Origin: Octopus vulgaris
Taxonomy: Eukaryota
Length of the DNA: 64,000 nt
Direction: 5' to 3'
Assembly: GCA_951406725.2 (NCBI GenBank)
Contig: OX597828.1
Coordinates: 48,174,001-48,238,000 of the forward strand
In this document: positions 40,549-54,092 of the stretch, one piece after another
Position numbering within the stretch: the stretch's first letter is position 1
Layout of the letters: every line of letters begins with the position of its first letter
The notes under the pieces: model-generated
Database searches by the model: none
What the model saw: only the letters and a program-made list of their open reading frames with translations
Told to the model about the DNA's origin: nothing
Made by a program: the position numbers and the translations under genes

Positions 40549-43193
40549 AATTAATTTGTTTGAAATTTTAAGGTGTTTCCATTATTTTGTCCAATCCCTG
40601 TATATATGTAAACACACACATACACACTCGGACATACATAAACATCTTTACAAACATGAAAAATACATTGGGTTTTTATATATAAGTTCAAACTGTGCCA
40701 TAGAACATGATACATACACGTAGACAATATGGTACTTAAAAGATGGTCAGAGATCCGATAAGAGGAAGATGGTTAGAAGCACAAAAACACAAAATTAAGG
40801 ATCTGGAAAACCCATACACTTAATCATGAAATAAATCATTGAAGAAAGGAACGTCTATGTGCTCTCAACTCACTAGAAGTAACAGTCAAATCTCACTCAT
40901 AATCACATCCTATCATCATAAAAACAAAAAAAAAAAACTGACATAGGCTAATAGTAATGTAGCTTTGGATATACTGTCTGAATAAAAATGATGGGATGGT
41001 CAAGGCTGGAATGCTTTTGAACATAAGTTGGTTTGATTCAAACTGAAAGCAAGTCTGGACTTCAGCTGATCAGATTTGGCTAAAATGTTGAGTGAGAATC
41101 AATTGTAATCCTTAAAATTATTTTATGTGGCACAATTGGTAAGTTCCCAGGGAACCAGTGGAGTGTGGGGCTAATGGAATGAAATGGTTCCGTGAGTACA
41201 GATTCAGCTTTTAGCTAAAACATTTCTGGGGGTGGTGAGGAAACTTCAAAAGTTTAAGGGTGTCAGGGGTAGGAGGCAGTGGTAGTGACATCATAAAGTC
41301 TAGTTTTACATCTACAATTTGCACAAGTAGTTGGCGACAACAGTGTAGGGCAGAGGAGAAAGTAAGGATGGGTAAGGGAGGAGTAGGAGAGGAAGAGGAT
41401 GAGGTTGAAAGAAGGAGAAGAAGGGCAGAGGGGAGAAAGAGAATGGGAGGGAGAGATGAAAATATGTGAGGAAAGGACTTGTACTTATTAAAAAGAGTCT
41501 GCAAGAAAAAGGAGAAAAGAATACATTGTGTACACATGCGTGCGTGTGAAAGCTATGTTAGCGTTTATGTGAGTTCATGCGTGTGTTAGTAAAACAGATG
41601 GAAGTAAATTTGCAAAGGGAAAAAAACTCCCAAAAAAACAGCAACTGCTCTTAGCATGAATTTTAAAAATTGCATAAAAGTAATATTTCATTTAGTTATA
41701 TTGAAAATACACAAGCAAAAGAGAGGGGGGAGACAGAGACACAGAGTAAGGCATCTTACATAACCAAATACACAGACACACACACACGTGTACAGACATA
41801 AATACACATCTTTACAAACATGAAAAAATAGCATCAGTTCTGAAAAATACATAATGCTAGTAACTGACATACATATGTAGGAATACTACAACAAAGTCTC
41901 CAAGAGCAGTGGGGAAACATCATCATCATCATTTAACATCCATTTTCCATGCTGGCATGGGCTGGATGGTTTGACTGGAGCTGGTAAGGTCAAGAACCAT
42001 AACAGGCTCCATCTTCCTAATGCCAGCCACTTTGCAGAGTGTATTGAGTGCTTGTTACATGGCACCAGCATGGGTGTTTTATATGAGATCAGTGCTTTTG
42101 ACCTCAAGTTTATGAAAACCACATCATAGTCCTCATTGATGAAACACCCCTTCAAAGACTTTCCCTGCATAGTTCTTATCCAAATCCTCATGGTTCTCAT
42201 TTATAAAAGAAAGATATAAAGAAGTGATATCCATCACTGAACTAACCGGATGTTTTGGCCTGAGGTTCTCTGGTAGGTTTTTATGAAGAAACTGAAGAGA
42301 AGAAAAAAGAAACATTGTTATAGAAGGAATTTAACATAGGGAAAAAAATTGGAATAAAATATTAAAAAAAGTAGGATAAATTTCCATGATATATTCATGG
42401 ATATCACCTATCATTATCAAGTATTTTACAGTCAGTATTCCATGCTGACATGGATTATTTCATCATGTTGAACTCTTAATCCCTACACATTTTGTTTTTC
42501 TTTTCTTCATTCTCTCTCTCCAATTTTTTTCCTCTCAATCCTTTCTGTCAAAGAGCATAGGCTCAAAATGTTGAGGACTTTTCTGTTCTTCCTGAGCATC
42601 AAACTAATACACCTGCTTGTTGTCCCCTCACCTGTCTGTCTTTTGTTTTCTGTAAATTTGAACTATGGATAATTTTTCTGAAGCATTGTGTTACAGCCAG
42701 ATGCCCTTCTTATAACCAACTCTTTTATTTGTCTCTTACAACATGCAGAAACATGGTATGTATGTTCTATAACCAGGCTAACAAACAGTTGAACAAAGAA
42801 AATCTCCAGCCCATGGCCTTTAGACAAAGCAAAGTTTTAAACAGTAGTTCAATAGAGAAGACTACGTCAGTGGTGAGTATGTGTGGATAATGTCAGTCGA
42901 ATGATAGCTAAAGTGTGAGGCTGAGCATTGATTGCTATTGTCATCATCACCAACATCACTGTCATAACAAAAGACTGGCCTTTCACTTTAGAGCCAGAAA
43001 AGTCTTCATCTCCCAGGAACAGCTCAAGTGAAACCCACAACAGAAAACTATTTCCACACACACATTCTAGACTAAATGCAAACAAAGACTATTTTGATTA
43101 GCATGTAGTCACAAGCACCTTTAAAGATTCACAATTATGCTATGTCACATCTGTTTCTTCTACTGTTACTACTACTACTGTGGTTTCTACTCT

Positions 43194-43690
43194 TTAACCC
43201 TTCAGCATTTAAACAGGCCATTTCCAACCCAAACATTCTAACTGTTTTATACTCAAACTGACCAGAACTGGTCTCTCACACTTACCCCACAATGTCATTC
43301 TAAAAATAAACCATTACATCACTAGAATCTCAAAGCTACAAGATAATCTTTTCTACTCTAGGCACAAGGCTCGAAACATTTGATCAGATCACCTCCAGTA
43401 CACAACTGGTACTTAATTTATCAACCCTGAAAGGATGAACGGCAAAGACGACTTCGGTGGAATTTGAACTCACAACGTAAATCAGACGAAATACCACCAA
43501 GCATTTTGCCTGGCGTGCTAACAGTTCTGCTAGCTCACTGCCTTCAAAGCTACAAGATACCTTTTAATTGTTTCAGTCATTAGACTGCGGTCATGCTGGG
43601 GCACCACCTTCAATATGTATGATTAATTCAAAACAATGTGAATAAATTAACATTGCATTTCACACAGTAATCTGAATGCTAAATGGTTAA
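43194..43690. mobile_element. piggyBac-type MITE carrying nested SINE insertions
   Basis: TTAACCCTTCAGCATT...AATGCTAAATGGTTAA termini. Confidence 0.8.
43346..43543 (-). mobile_element. tRNA-derived SINE, third family, with 16-bp TSD
   Basis: TCAAAGCTACAAGATA at 43330-43345 and 43544-43559; B-box GAGTTCAAATTCC. Other copies at ~6090-6250, 26660-26790, 36360-36570, 45490-45690, 45705-45850 and 48295-48480. Confidence 0.88.
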
Positions 43691-44447
43691 GACAAACTGG
43701 TGAGATGCCACTTTAAGACGGGCACTCCAGACTCCCTCATCACTTCTCTGGTCCCTCATATTATATTGTAGTACTTATTAGTGGTTTGTTAGCTTCATTC
43801 TACACCAGCTCACTATCTCATCATTTCAAATACAATCATTTATCTGAATTAATGGGTAACATTGGTACCCCATCACAGACTGTATAATATTGACCGACGC
43901 TTTCAATAATCTACAAAGTCAAGTTAGTTATTTCGAATTGATTTAACGACAGAATTTTTGGTGTAAATTACTGATTGGTTTTTAATCTTCACAATAAATC
44001 TGTAGGTGTCCAGTTTAAAGTCTTGCTGTGTGTCCCCTGCTGTCTCTCATCTATATGTATGGCTATCTGTGTTCATCTATCTCTTGAATACTTCAGATGC
44101 CAGCTTTCTGTTTCTTAGTAAAAAATACAATGTAACTTTTTTGAGTTTTTTACCCCTAATTCAAACTTGCTTGTTATGTTATATGTTTGAAATTTCAACA
44201 TTTCAAACATATGTTACACCACAAATACACACAAATAAAGTATGGTAATTTCACACTTGTGTAAACTACATAAAAAAAAGGTACTCAATAATTTTGGATA
44301 GAGTACAATAGCAATATTGATGCAAAGCCTCATATGCATGAGTCACTACTCAGAGTACTTCACACTGCAGTTGCAGCAGCTTTGCTAGGAAACAAGAATA
44401 TGTTTTGAATAAATGAAAGAACAAAAAAAAAAAACAAAAAAAAATTA

Positions 44448-45060
44448 TGTGGCTGAGTGGTAAGTAGCTTGCTTATGAACCACATGGCTCTGGGTTCAGT
44501 CCCACTGTGTGACACCATGGGCAAATGTCTTCTACTATAGCCTCAGGCTGACCAAAGCCTTGTGAGTGGATTTGGGAGATGGAAAATGAAAGAAGCCTGT
44601 CTATATATGTGTGTGTGTTTATCCCCCAACTTATGTGTTATGCCCCTGTAACTTAGTGGTTCGGCAAAAGAGACCAACAGAATAAGTACTAGGCTTACAA
44701 AGAATATTTACATTTATTTACAATTGACGGATATTTGTCCTCATCTTGTTTGTTGTTAACACATTTCAGCTGATACCATCCAGCCTTCATCAGGTGTCTT
44801 AGGGAAATTTCGAACCTGGGTTCTCGTTCATAAGGTATTTTATGATGTTGTTATTATTATTATTATTATTCAGGTCACTGCCTGGAATCGAACTCGGAAT
44901 CTTGGGGACAAATATCCCTCAATTGTAAATGATGTACATAATTCCTCATCTCTTAAATACAGACTGTATTACAAAGAATATGTCCTGGGATCGATTTGTT
45001 CGATTAAATGTGGTGCTCCAGCATGGCCACAGTCAAATGACTGAAATAGATAAAAGAATA
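44448..45060 (+). mobile_element. CORE-like SINE interrupted by a 261-bp insertion
   Basis: The SINE sequence resumes after the duplicated TTACAAAGAATAT. Confidence 0.88.
44708..44968 (-). mobile_element. Short retroelement with pol III B-box, hammerhead-like motif and inverted end
   Basis: 13-bp TSD (44695-44707, 44969-44981); GAGTTCGATTCC; GACAC-CTGATGA-AGGCTG..CAGCT-GAAA-T-GTGTT; ~31-bp inverted repeat 44709-44740 / 44906-44936. Confidence 0.75.
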
Positions 45061-46127
45061 TCTGGATCTAACAATTCCACAACCACTGCTGAACACTTTT
45101 CACCTGCTACTGTAGTTTTTAGCACTGTAAGTTTATATGAGATGTCAGCTCGAGAGAAATGCCATAGTTTTTCTTTTTTTGGCTTTCTACAGTATATCCA
45201 TGTTAAGTAAGTAAGATATAATGAATTCTATTCTGAGCTAATACTATTTCCATCATTAACAATGAATATGTTATATATAAGTGGAGGTAAAGAGCATGCT
45301 TGTTTTTACTATGTGAAACTCAAACAAATACTTAATTCACACTTGTTGGGTTTTACAGAGCTCTGTATATTTATTTAGTAATGGTTTTACACTGATGCAC
45401 AAAAATTTGGACAGAGACCTTCAGTAGACCTCAACAACAATTGAGCAAACTGCAGATGGTTTTCTGAAATATGTCCAATAACTAATAAACCTTTCTACTA
45501 AAAGCACAAGGCCTGACATTTTGGAGGAGGGGACTAGTTGGTTACATCAACCCCAGTGTTTCACTGGTACTTAATTTAGCGACCTTGAAAGGATGAATGG
45601 CAAAGTTGACCTCAGCAGAATTTGAACCCAGAACGTCAAGGCGGACCTCCATCCAGCACGCTACTGATTCTGCCAGGTTGCTGCCTTAATAATAATAACA
45701 ACAACTCTTTCTACTATAGTTACAAGGTCTGAAGTTTTGGTGAAGGGGACCAGTCAATCACATCAACTCTGAAAGGATGAAAAGCAAAGTCGACCACAGT
45801 AGAATTTCCAAGGTGGATATTTGTCCAGTATGCTACTGATTCTGCCAGCATTAGGAAGGGCATCCAGCTGTAGAAACTCTACCAGATCAGATTAGAGCCT
45901 GGTGCAGCCATCTGGTTAGCCAGTCCTCACTCAAATCGTCCAACCCATGCCAGCATGGAAAGCGGATGTTAAACGATGATGATGATGACTGAACCCACCA
46001 TTTGAAAAAATACGCAATCTATGAATACATCTATACAATTCTATCAAAACACTTGTATATATTAATATTTCCTCTACACCACAATCTAGCAATAACTCAA
46101 GCTCTCCATATATATATATATATATAT

Positions 46128-46388
46128 CATCATCATCATTTAGCGTCCGCTTTCCATGCTAGCATGGGTTGGACGGTTCAACTGGGGTCTGTGAAGCCAG
46201 AAGGCTGCATCAGGCCCAGTCTGATCTGGCAGTGTTTCTACGGCTGGATGCCCTTCCTAACGCCAACCACTCTGTGAGTGTAGTGGGTGCTTTTTACGTG
46301 CCACCCGCACAGGTGCCAGATGGAGCTGGCAAACGGCCACGGACGGATGGTGCTTTTTACGTGCCACCAGCATGGGGGCCAGGCGAGG

Positions 46389-46392
<4 letters not shown>
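46128..46392 (-). mobile_element. RTE 3' UTR copy in (TA)n
   Basis: Homologous to 34045-34399; an opposite-orientation copy lies at ~45845-45988. Confidence 0.88.
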
Positions 46393-46440
<48 letters not shown>

Positions 46441-48992
46441 GATAATGAACATGCACATACAAGGTATCCCTCTACATTATGAAAACAATGGGTTCATGAA
46501 ATTATGCATCAACCTCAAGTGCCATAACGGAATATGGTATTTTTCTCTCTTTGACTTCTTATCTAACATGGAAGTGAATAAGAAAATACATTTCATGTTA
46601 TGGAAAACCAGCCAACAGCAAGATTTTCAGGATTGCAACTTTTCTCTAACATCAGGGATGTTACATATATATATATAATTCCACTTTGTATGTAAAAGCT
46701 ATTTTCTTCCTTTTATTTGTGAATTGATCATATATATATAGTTTGTTAAATTGATATGTTCAGTTGCTAATGGGTGTCAGTGAATGATGGTTGTCCAAAA
46801 TATCACCGCAACCCATCAGTGAGTGGAGAATTAAGAGAGGAAAGAGAGTGAAAATGAGGCAAAAGACAAAGATACACACGAGATTGTAAAAACCAGAAAA
46901 GGTAAAAATTCTAAATGTCTTATAAAGCTCAAGGAGCTGGTGCTTTGATCAGGTGCCAAGGTGTTAAAATGGATAAAAGATAAAAATCTCTGGATAAGAC
47001 AGTCTATCAAAAGTAACCTTTTCACATCATCTACCTATTCCTAACAGCTTGGAGAACTTGGGTTTTTCATTTTGTTCCATGTCAAGTGGAGGCCCAGCTA
47101 TGTAGTTAAGAAGCTTGCTTCCCAACCACATGGTTTCAGGTTCAGTCGCACTACACAGAATCTTAGGCAAATTGTCCCCTTCTGTAGCCTTGGGTTGACA
47201 AAAGCCTTGTAAGTGGATTTTGAGATGGAAACTGAAGATCCTTGCATGCGTATGTATGTGTGTGTGTTTGTTTGTGTGTGTGTGTGTGCATTGACATCAT
47301 GTGACACTTGTAAATGAGCATCACTATCATACAAATGGTGTTGTTGGTTTCCAGTCATCCATGAAAACATGTCTTGTCATGTGGAAATAAATACAGAATA
47401 GCCAAGCGGATAAAATGCCTGACTGCCTGCACAGAAACCAGGTGTTCAAAGCTGAACATCACCATCATCACTATCATTTTAACATCTAGTTTTCCATTAC
47501 TAGCAAGCATCATACATGGCTGTGTGATAAGAAGTTTGCTTCCCAACCATGTGGTTCAAGGTTCAGTTCCAAGGCATGGCAACTTGGGCAAACCAAAGAC
47601 TTGGGAGTAGATTTGATAGGGGAAAACTGAAAGAAATCAGTCATATACATATGTGTATTTATGTATGTTTGTGTGTGTGTCTTTGCGTCTGTGTTTGTCT
47701 CCCACGACTGCTTGACAAGTGGTGCTGGTTTGTTTACCTCCCTGTAACTCAACAGTTCAGCAAAAGAGACTGATAGAATAAGTACCAGGATTTAAAAAAA
47801 AAAAAAAGCACTGAAGTCAATTTATTTGACTAAAAATTCTTTTAAGGCAGTGCCCCAGGGTGGTCACAGTTTAATGTCTGAAACAAGCAAAAAATAAATA
47901 GGAAAATTTGTTGTATATTTTCTACAACCAAATACCCTTCCAGTTGTGAACCCTCACCTGTTTGCAAGCAAGGTAATATTTCCCTCATGGCCAATCATAT
48001 TTTCAGAGAAGATTGACAATGAATGACACTGCTTGTATGAGGGTGATATCCATGTGCAACTACTCTGTGATGTCAAAACAAAGATATACAAATATATACA
48101 GGATATACAGGATGGGTTTCTTTACACATCCATTTGCAAAGTTTTAGCCAGTTTGAGGGTATAAATAAATAGAAGACATTTGCTCAAGGTGCTGTGCAGT
48201 GAGACTGAACCTGAAATCACATGGCTGGAAAGGGAAATTCTTAACCACACAGCCATACCGTCATTTGTTCTTATATAAAATTGGTTTAAAATATTGACAC
48301 AAGGCCTGCAATTTCATAGGAGGGGTAAGTTGATTACATCAACACCAGTGCTCAACTGCTACTTATCTTATGGACCCCAAAAGGGCGAAAGCAAAGTGGA
48401 CCTCGGAGTTTGAACTCAGAACATAAAGATGGACAAAATGCCACTTAGCATTTTGTGCAGCATGCTAATAATTCTGCCAGAATTGCAAAACAAAGAACCA
48501 GAAGTTTGAGATGGGTCTGCATAAAAAGGGTTAATTAAGGAGCCTATCGTAGAATATGATGATCAACAACAATGCGATTGGAGTTTGATGTTGGAGTGTT
48601 TACTCAAGTCCCATTGCTGGATCATAGTTGGAAATTGTCTTTTCTTAGACAACTGTGCTGCCATTATAAGCAAAGTTGCCAGGTCAATTTCATAAAAATT
48701 AGCATTAAAGTTTCAAAACCAGCAGAGAACTGTTAGAAATTTGCATGATAAAAAAAGAATTGTCTGCCGGTTGATTCTAATTTATTTAGGTGATAAATTA
48801 ATATGCTATGCTGAGTGTTATATTTAAAAATTAAATTTTAAAGCAATAAGCAGCCCAAATTAACCATTCTAACACCAACCTACTTGAAACTGCCTCTGGT
48901 TCAATGATACAAACTTTTCTCTTTTAATGTGATCTAGACTAACACCTTAGCCTTCAGATATTTCTGTCAAATGTAATATTTATCCATCGCAT

Positions 48993-49216
48993 TCTCTTTT
49001 ACTCTTTTACTTGTTTCAGTCATTTGACTGTGGTCATGCTGGAGCACCGCCTTTAGTTGAGCAAATCGACCCCAGGACTTATTCTTTGTAAGCCTAGTAC
49101 TTATTCTAGCAGTCTCTTTTGCCGAACCACTAAGTTACAGGGACGTAAACACACCAGCATCAATTGTCAAGCAATGTTGGGGGTTCAGACACAGACATAC
49201 AAACATATACAAACAA

Positions 49217-49249
<33 letters not shown>

Positions 49250-49548
49250 ACGGGAAGCTTTATGAAAGTAGACAAAAGACAAAGGCAGGTTTACGGAAAT
49301 AAACAAAAGACGAAGGCAGGCGGAATACAAAAAAACAATTGTATTAGTATGGCGCTCAGGAAATATAAATAAAACAAGTCTTTAACATTTCGAGCCTATA
49401 TACGTTTCCATCTACCAAATCCACTCACAAGGCTTTGGTCGACCCGAGGCTATAGCAGAAGACACTTGCCCAAGGTGCTACGCAGTGGGACTGAACCCAG
49501 AACCATGTGGTTGGTAAGCAAGCTACTTACTACACAGCCACTCCTACG
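48993..49548 (-). mobile_element. CORE-like SINE with a PLE-type fragment (49248-49400) in its microsatellite
   Basis: SINE tail and head flank a fragment homologous to 11620-11776. Confidence 0.85.
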
Positions 49549-51733
49549 ACAGGCTCCTTAATTATAAGGACAAGAGTGGATGAAAAGTGTGGGAAAAGGG
49601 AACTTGTAATAGAAAAATGTGCAACTTTAGAATACTTAAATATTTGACATTTCTTCATCTTGTCTACAACACTTCATTTTGTAGTTCCAATCCACTTTTA
49701 GCATTCACATCACTTTCACTAATGTACCAATTCCAATGAGTGTCTATCTTTAATATCTCTTAAAAACCTAACTGTAAGTTTACTTATAAAGTATCTGAGA
49801 CTTGCCAGGTATGTTTAGTTCTAATGAAGGTGGGTGTGTCTCCAGAAGTCTGACTTACACATCATTTTGATTATCATGCTAGTGTTTCCTAATAAGGGTA
49901 AAGCTAATTAGGATTAAAACATTGTTCAGCACAAAAGAATTTATCCAAAAAAAGAAAAAAAAAGAAAAGAAAAGAAAAAAAAACAAGAGAAACCATCAAT
50001 GGAAATAATACAACAGTGTGTGTGTGTGTGTGTGTGTGTGCATGCGTTTAATTTTCTTCCTGTTTTAGTCTCTCATGGAGAAACAACACCCAAAATTCTA
50101 TTTTTGTATTTATTCGCGTTGAATAAAATATGTGACATTTTGTTAAACTACATGCATGTGCATATACACACGTGCATAAGAACATGTATTCACATACATA
50201 GAAACATACACACACACACACACACACACAAGGAAGCAGGAGCAAACTTCTAATGCTAGACTGTAAAATACAATGGTATATTATTAGTCTCAAGGGTTAA
50301 CATAATGCAAGGATGCATGGTTTGTTCTTTTTTGTTAAATTTTTTTAAGCAAGAGTGTGTGTGCAAGCACGCCCCCCCCCTCCACAATTACAAGATTGGG
50401 TGGGTCTCACAGCACATCATCACTTGTTGCAGTCCTTTATAATCTGACATAGAACAGCCAATTCTATTGTTGTGTGTTTGTTTAGTCATCATCACCCCCC
50501 TCTATATACGTTTGTCCGTTTATCGAAAGTGGGACAAGCGCAATACATTGTTACACTCTTTTACTTGTTCCAGTCATTTGACTGTGGCCATGCTGGAGCA
50601 CTGCCTTTAGTCGAGCAAATCGACCCCCAGGACTTATTCTTTGTAAGCCTAGTGCTTATTCTAGCAGTCTTTTTTTGCTGAACCGCTAAATTACGAGGAC
50701 GTAAACATACCAGCATCGGTTGTCAAGTGATGTGGGGGGGGGCACAAACACAGACACACAAACATAGACACACACACAACGTATATATACATATATACGA
50801 CGGGCTTCTTTCAGTTTCCGTCTACCAAATCCACTCACAAGGCTTTGGTCAGCCCAAGGCTATAGTAGAAGACACTTGCCCAAGGTGCCATGCAGTGGGA
50901 CTGAACCCAGAACCATGTGATTGGTAAGCAAGCTACTTACCACACCTCATATCTTTGAAGGCAAACAACCTGCAAATGATTTGTTGACAAGGGAGATGAT
51001 AACATTACTGCTTGTAGCTCAACAATTTTTGGAGAAGCACAAATGCATGCGTGCGTGCATGAACACACAGGCTTCTGTCACACACACACACACACACACA
51101 ACAAATTTCTATCAGTTTCTGTACAGCAAATTCACTCATAAGGCTTTGATTATTCTGGGACTATAAAGGAAGGAACCCATCCAAGGTCCTACATAGGACT
51201 GAATACAAAACCATGTGGCTGGTAAACAAAGTGCTCAACCATAAAGCCACGCCTGTGTCTGTTTCCCAACATAGAGTCTCTGCCTATCAAATTTCACTCA
51301 CAACGAATCAGTTCATCTCACCTTACAGTAGAAGGTAATAAAGTCTAACTGCTGCACAGTGGGACACAATGCAAAATTATGCACTTGCAAAATGAATTTC
51401 TAAACCACACAATCATGTTTATTTTCTTGTCAGCCAACTGCAGGCAACAGACCTGCTACTTTCTGCCATTTGAAGCCAGTTTGCAAGTAAGGAGTCGGTT
51501 TAATTATTATTTTGCTCTCAAAACTAAAACAAATCGAAGTGGGCCAGAGCAGAGCCAAACATCCTCTTGTCATAACGTGTTTCAACATGTCAAAACACGA
51601 CTGCATAAATTATTCAGGTGACAGATCACATGGCTTGGTTTTATACCAGTGTAGGCTTGGGCTTATTTTTACTCATTCTTCATAATTTATATTTATGAAT
51701 ATATATGTATGTGCATGTGTGTGTATATATGTA

Positions 51734-51772
<39 letters not shown>

Positions 51773-53465
51773 GTGCATATGTGTGTGTATATATATATAT
51801 ATATGTGCATGTGTGTGTATATATATATATATGTGCATGTGTAGGTACATATGTATGATGATGATGATGATATGTGTGTGTGTGTGTGTGTAGATAAGTG
51901 TGTGCACGTGCATATAGATACATGTGCACGCATGCATGTAGGTAGGTACCTGTGTGCATGCATGTGCATGTAGCTACATGTGTGGGTGCGTGTGTGTAGG
52001 CATATATGTATGTGTACATATGTATGTCTGTATACACAAGAGATAGACAGACAGACAGCATATTTCAGCTGGAATGATCTAATTACAAAACTTTGCTTAC
52101 CCCCCGCACCCCACTTCTCATTTTCTATTATATATACCTCGTTTCTTAACCCCTTCCTATACACACAAACACTGAACAACAGGCACTTTTCCTTTGTGGG
52201 CCTACTACTAACTTGTACAACTAACTCGTTCGTTTCCAATACGAAGATGGTGCTGTCGTAGGGGCACAAACGACGGGTCGGAGGGAAGGGGGGTGGAAAA
52301 CTAGCCCCCCCCCCTCCTTGTTGGGTTCCCAGTGATGATGACTGCAACCAACTGGTGAATAATGATTTCCAATAATAACAGTTATGGTTGGTTTGATAAT
52401 ATCAATATTTAGTGAGAAGAAATGGGCGAAAAGTAATTTAGAACCCCCTCCACCCCACCCCACCCAACTCCACGCTACCCTCATCCCTCATCTACTCCTT
52501 CCACTCCAATATTTTGGTAGCGGGGTGAGATTGGTAGTAGATCACACAGCATTGGAGTGTCAGGCAGAAGTATTAGGGGTGGTTGGTAGTGGCGAGTATA
52601 GTGGCCTTTATGTCAGGTGCACTGATGATGATGGTGGCGGTGGTGGTGGTGACAGCGGTATTGGTACTAGTGGTTGTGACAGTGGTGATGGTAATAGTAG
52701 TAGCTGTGGTGGTAAAGGCGTGGTGGTGGGCAACGCAAGGTGAAGTCAACTATGAAACCAGTTTACAGCAAACATATTTTAATGATAGTAAATGAAAAAT
52801 TAAAAATTTCTTTCTATCATTCAGTCCAGTTGTTCATTGGTCAGGCTTATGTATATGCACACATGCATGTGTGTGTGTGTGTGTGTGTATGCATGTATGT
52901 GTGAGTGGTGTGTGTGTGTGTGAGCACATGTGTAAGTGGTGTGTGAGCACGAGTGATGTGTGCGTGTGTGTGAGCGTGAGTGGTGTGTGTGTATGTGTGT
53001 GTGTGTGTGTGAGAGCACATATGTGAGTGGTGTGTGTGTGCATGGTTGGATTTCTGTCAATTCCCATGACAGGTATCCAGTTTTTTGATCAACTGGATTT
53101 CCTGCTCATATGATTAACATGCAAGTAGCTGAGTATTCCACAAACACATATAACCTTAACCTAATTTGTAACAAAGCTGTATCTTTGAATTGCAGGCAGA
53201 ATCCAACCACTGGGATTCTGTACAGTTTCCACCTATCTTTCTACCCAATTTCACTTACAAGGTTTGGGTTGACTTGCGACTATAGGAAATGACATCAAAT
53301 CCACTTACAAGGTTCTAGTTGGCCTGGGGCTATAGTAGAAGATGAGCAGTGTATTCTCAGTCACTTCAATAACACAAAAATCAGGTTTAGTTCAAACTTA
53401 AGTTCTGAAGTCATAACAGACCTCTAAAGCATAAGTCTATTATAAAGTTGGTTAAAAAAATATGT

Positions 53466-53627
53466 AGGCATGGCCATGCGTTAAGAAGCTTGCTTCCCAT
53501 CCACATGGTTCAGAGTACTGTCCCACTGTGTGGCATATTGAGCAAGTATTTTCTACCATAGCCTCAGGTTGACCAAAGCTTCTGAGTGGAAACCAAAGCC
53601 TTGATAGAGAAAAACTGAAAGCTGTTT

Positions 53628-53676
<49 letters not shown>

Positions 53677-54092
53677 GGAAAGTTTACGAAAATAAACAAA
53701 AGACGAAGGCAGGTGGAGTACAAACAAACAAATGTATTAGTATAGCGCTCAGGAATAGAAAAAGTCTTTTACGTTTCGAGCCTACGCTCTTTGGCAGAAA
53801 AATACACAGAAAAAAACAAGGAGAGAAAAAAATGCATTTAGGAGCTAACGATGTGTGTGTGTGTGTACGTGTTTGTCTTTATGTCTGTGTCGTCCTCCAA
53901 ACTACTTGACAACAAGTGTTGGTGTGTTTACATCCTCATAACTTAGCAGTTTGGCAAAAGAGACCAAAAGAATAAGCACTAGCCTTAAAGAAAAAAAAAA
54001 GTACTCCGGTCAATTCATTTGAGTAAAAATTCTTCAAGATGGTGCTTCAGCATGGCCACAATTCAATGATTGAAAAAGAAAAAAAGAAAAAG
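53466..54092 (+). mobile_element. CORE-like SINE with a PLE-type fragment (53672-53852, minus strand) in its microsatellite
   Basis: Same nesting as at 48993; HHR-like hairpin at 53766-53801. Confidence 0.85.

Larger units (their letters stand above)
39292..40600 (+). mobile_element. Near full-length decayed Tc1 transposon
   Basis: TIRs CAGGGGTTGGACAAAATAATGGAAACAC / GTGTTTCCATTATTTTGTCCAATCCCTG; TA at the right end (left reads CA). Confidence 0.95.

Noticed and set aside
52384-52795. Gly/Val-rich ORFs, and the Thr/His-rich ORF at 5201
   Set aside because: Degenerate (GGT)n/(CAC)n trinucleotide tracts.
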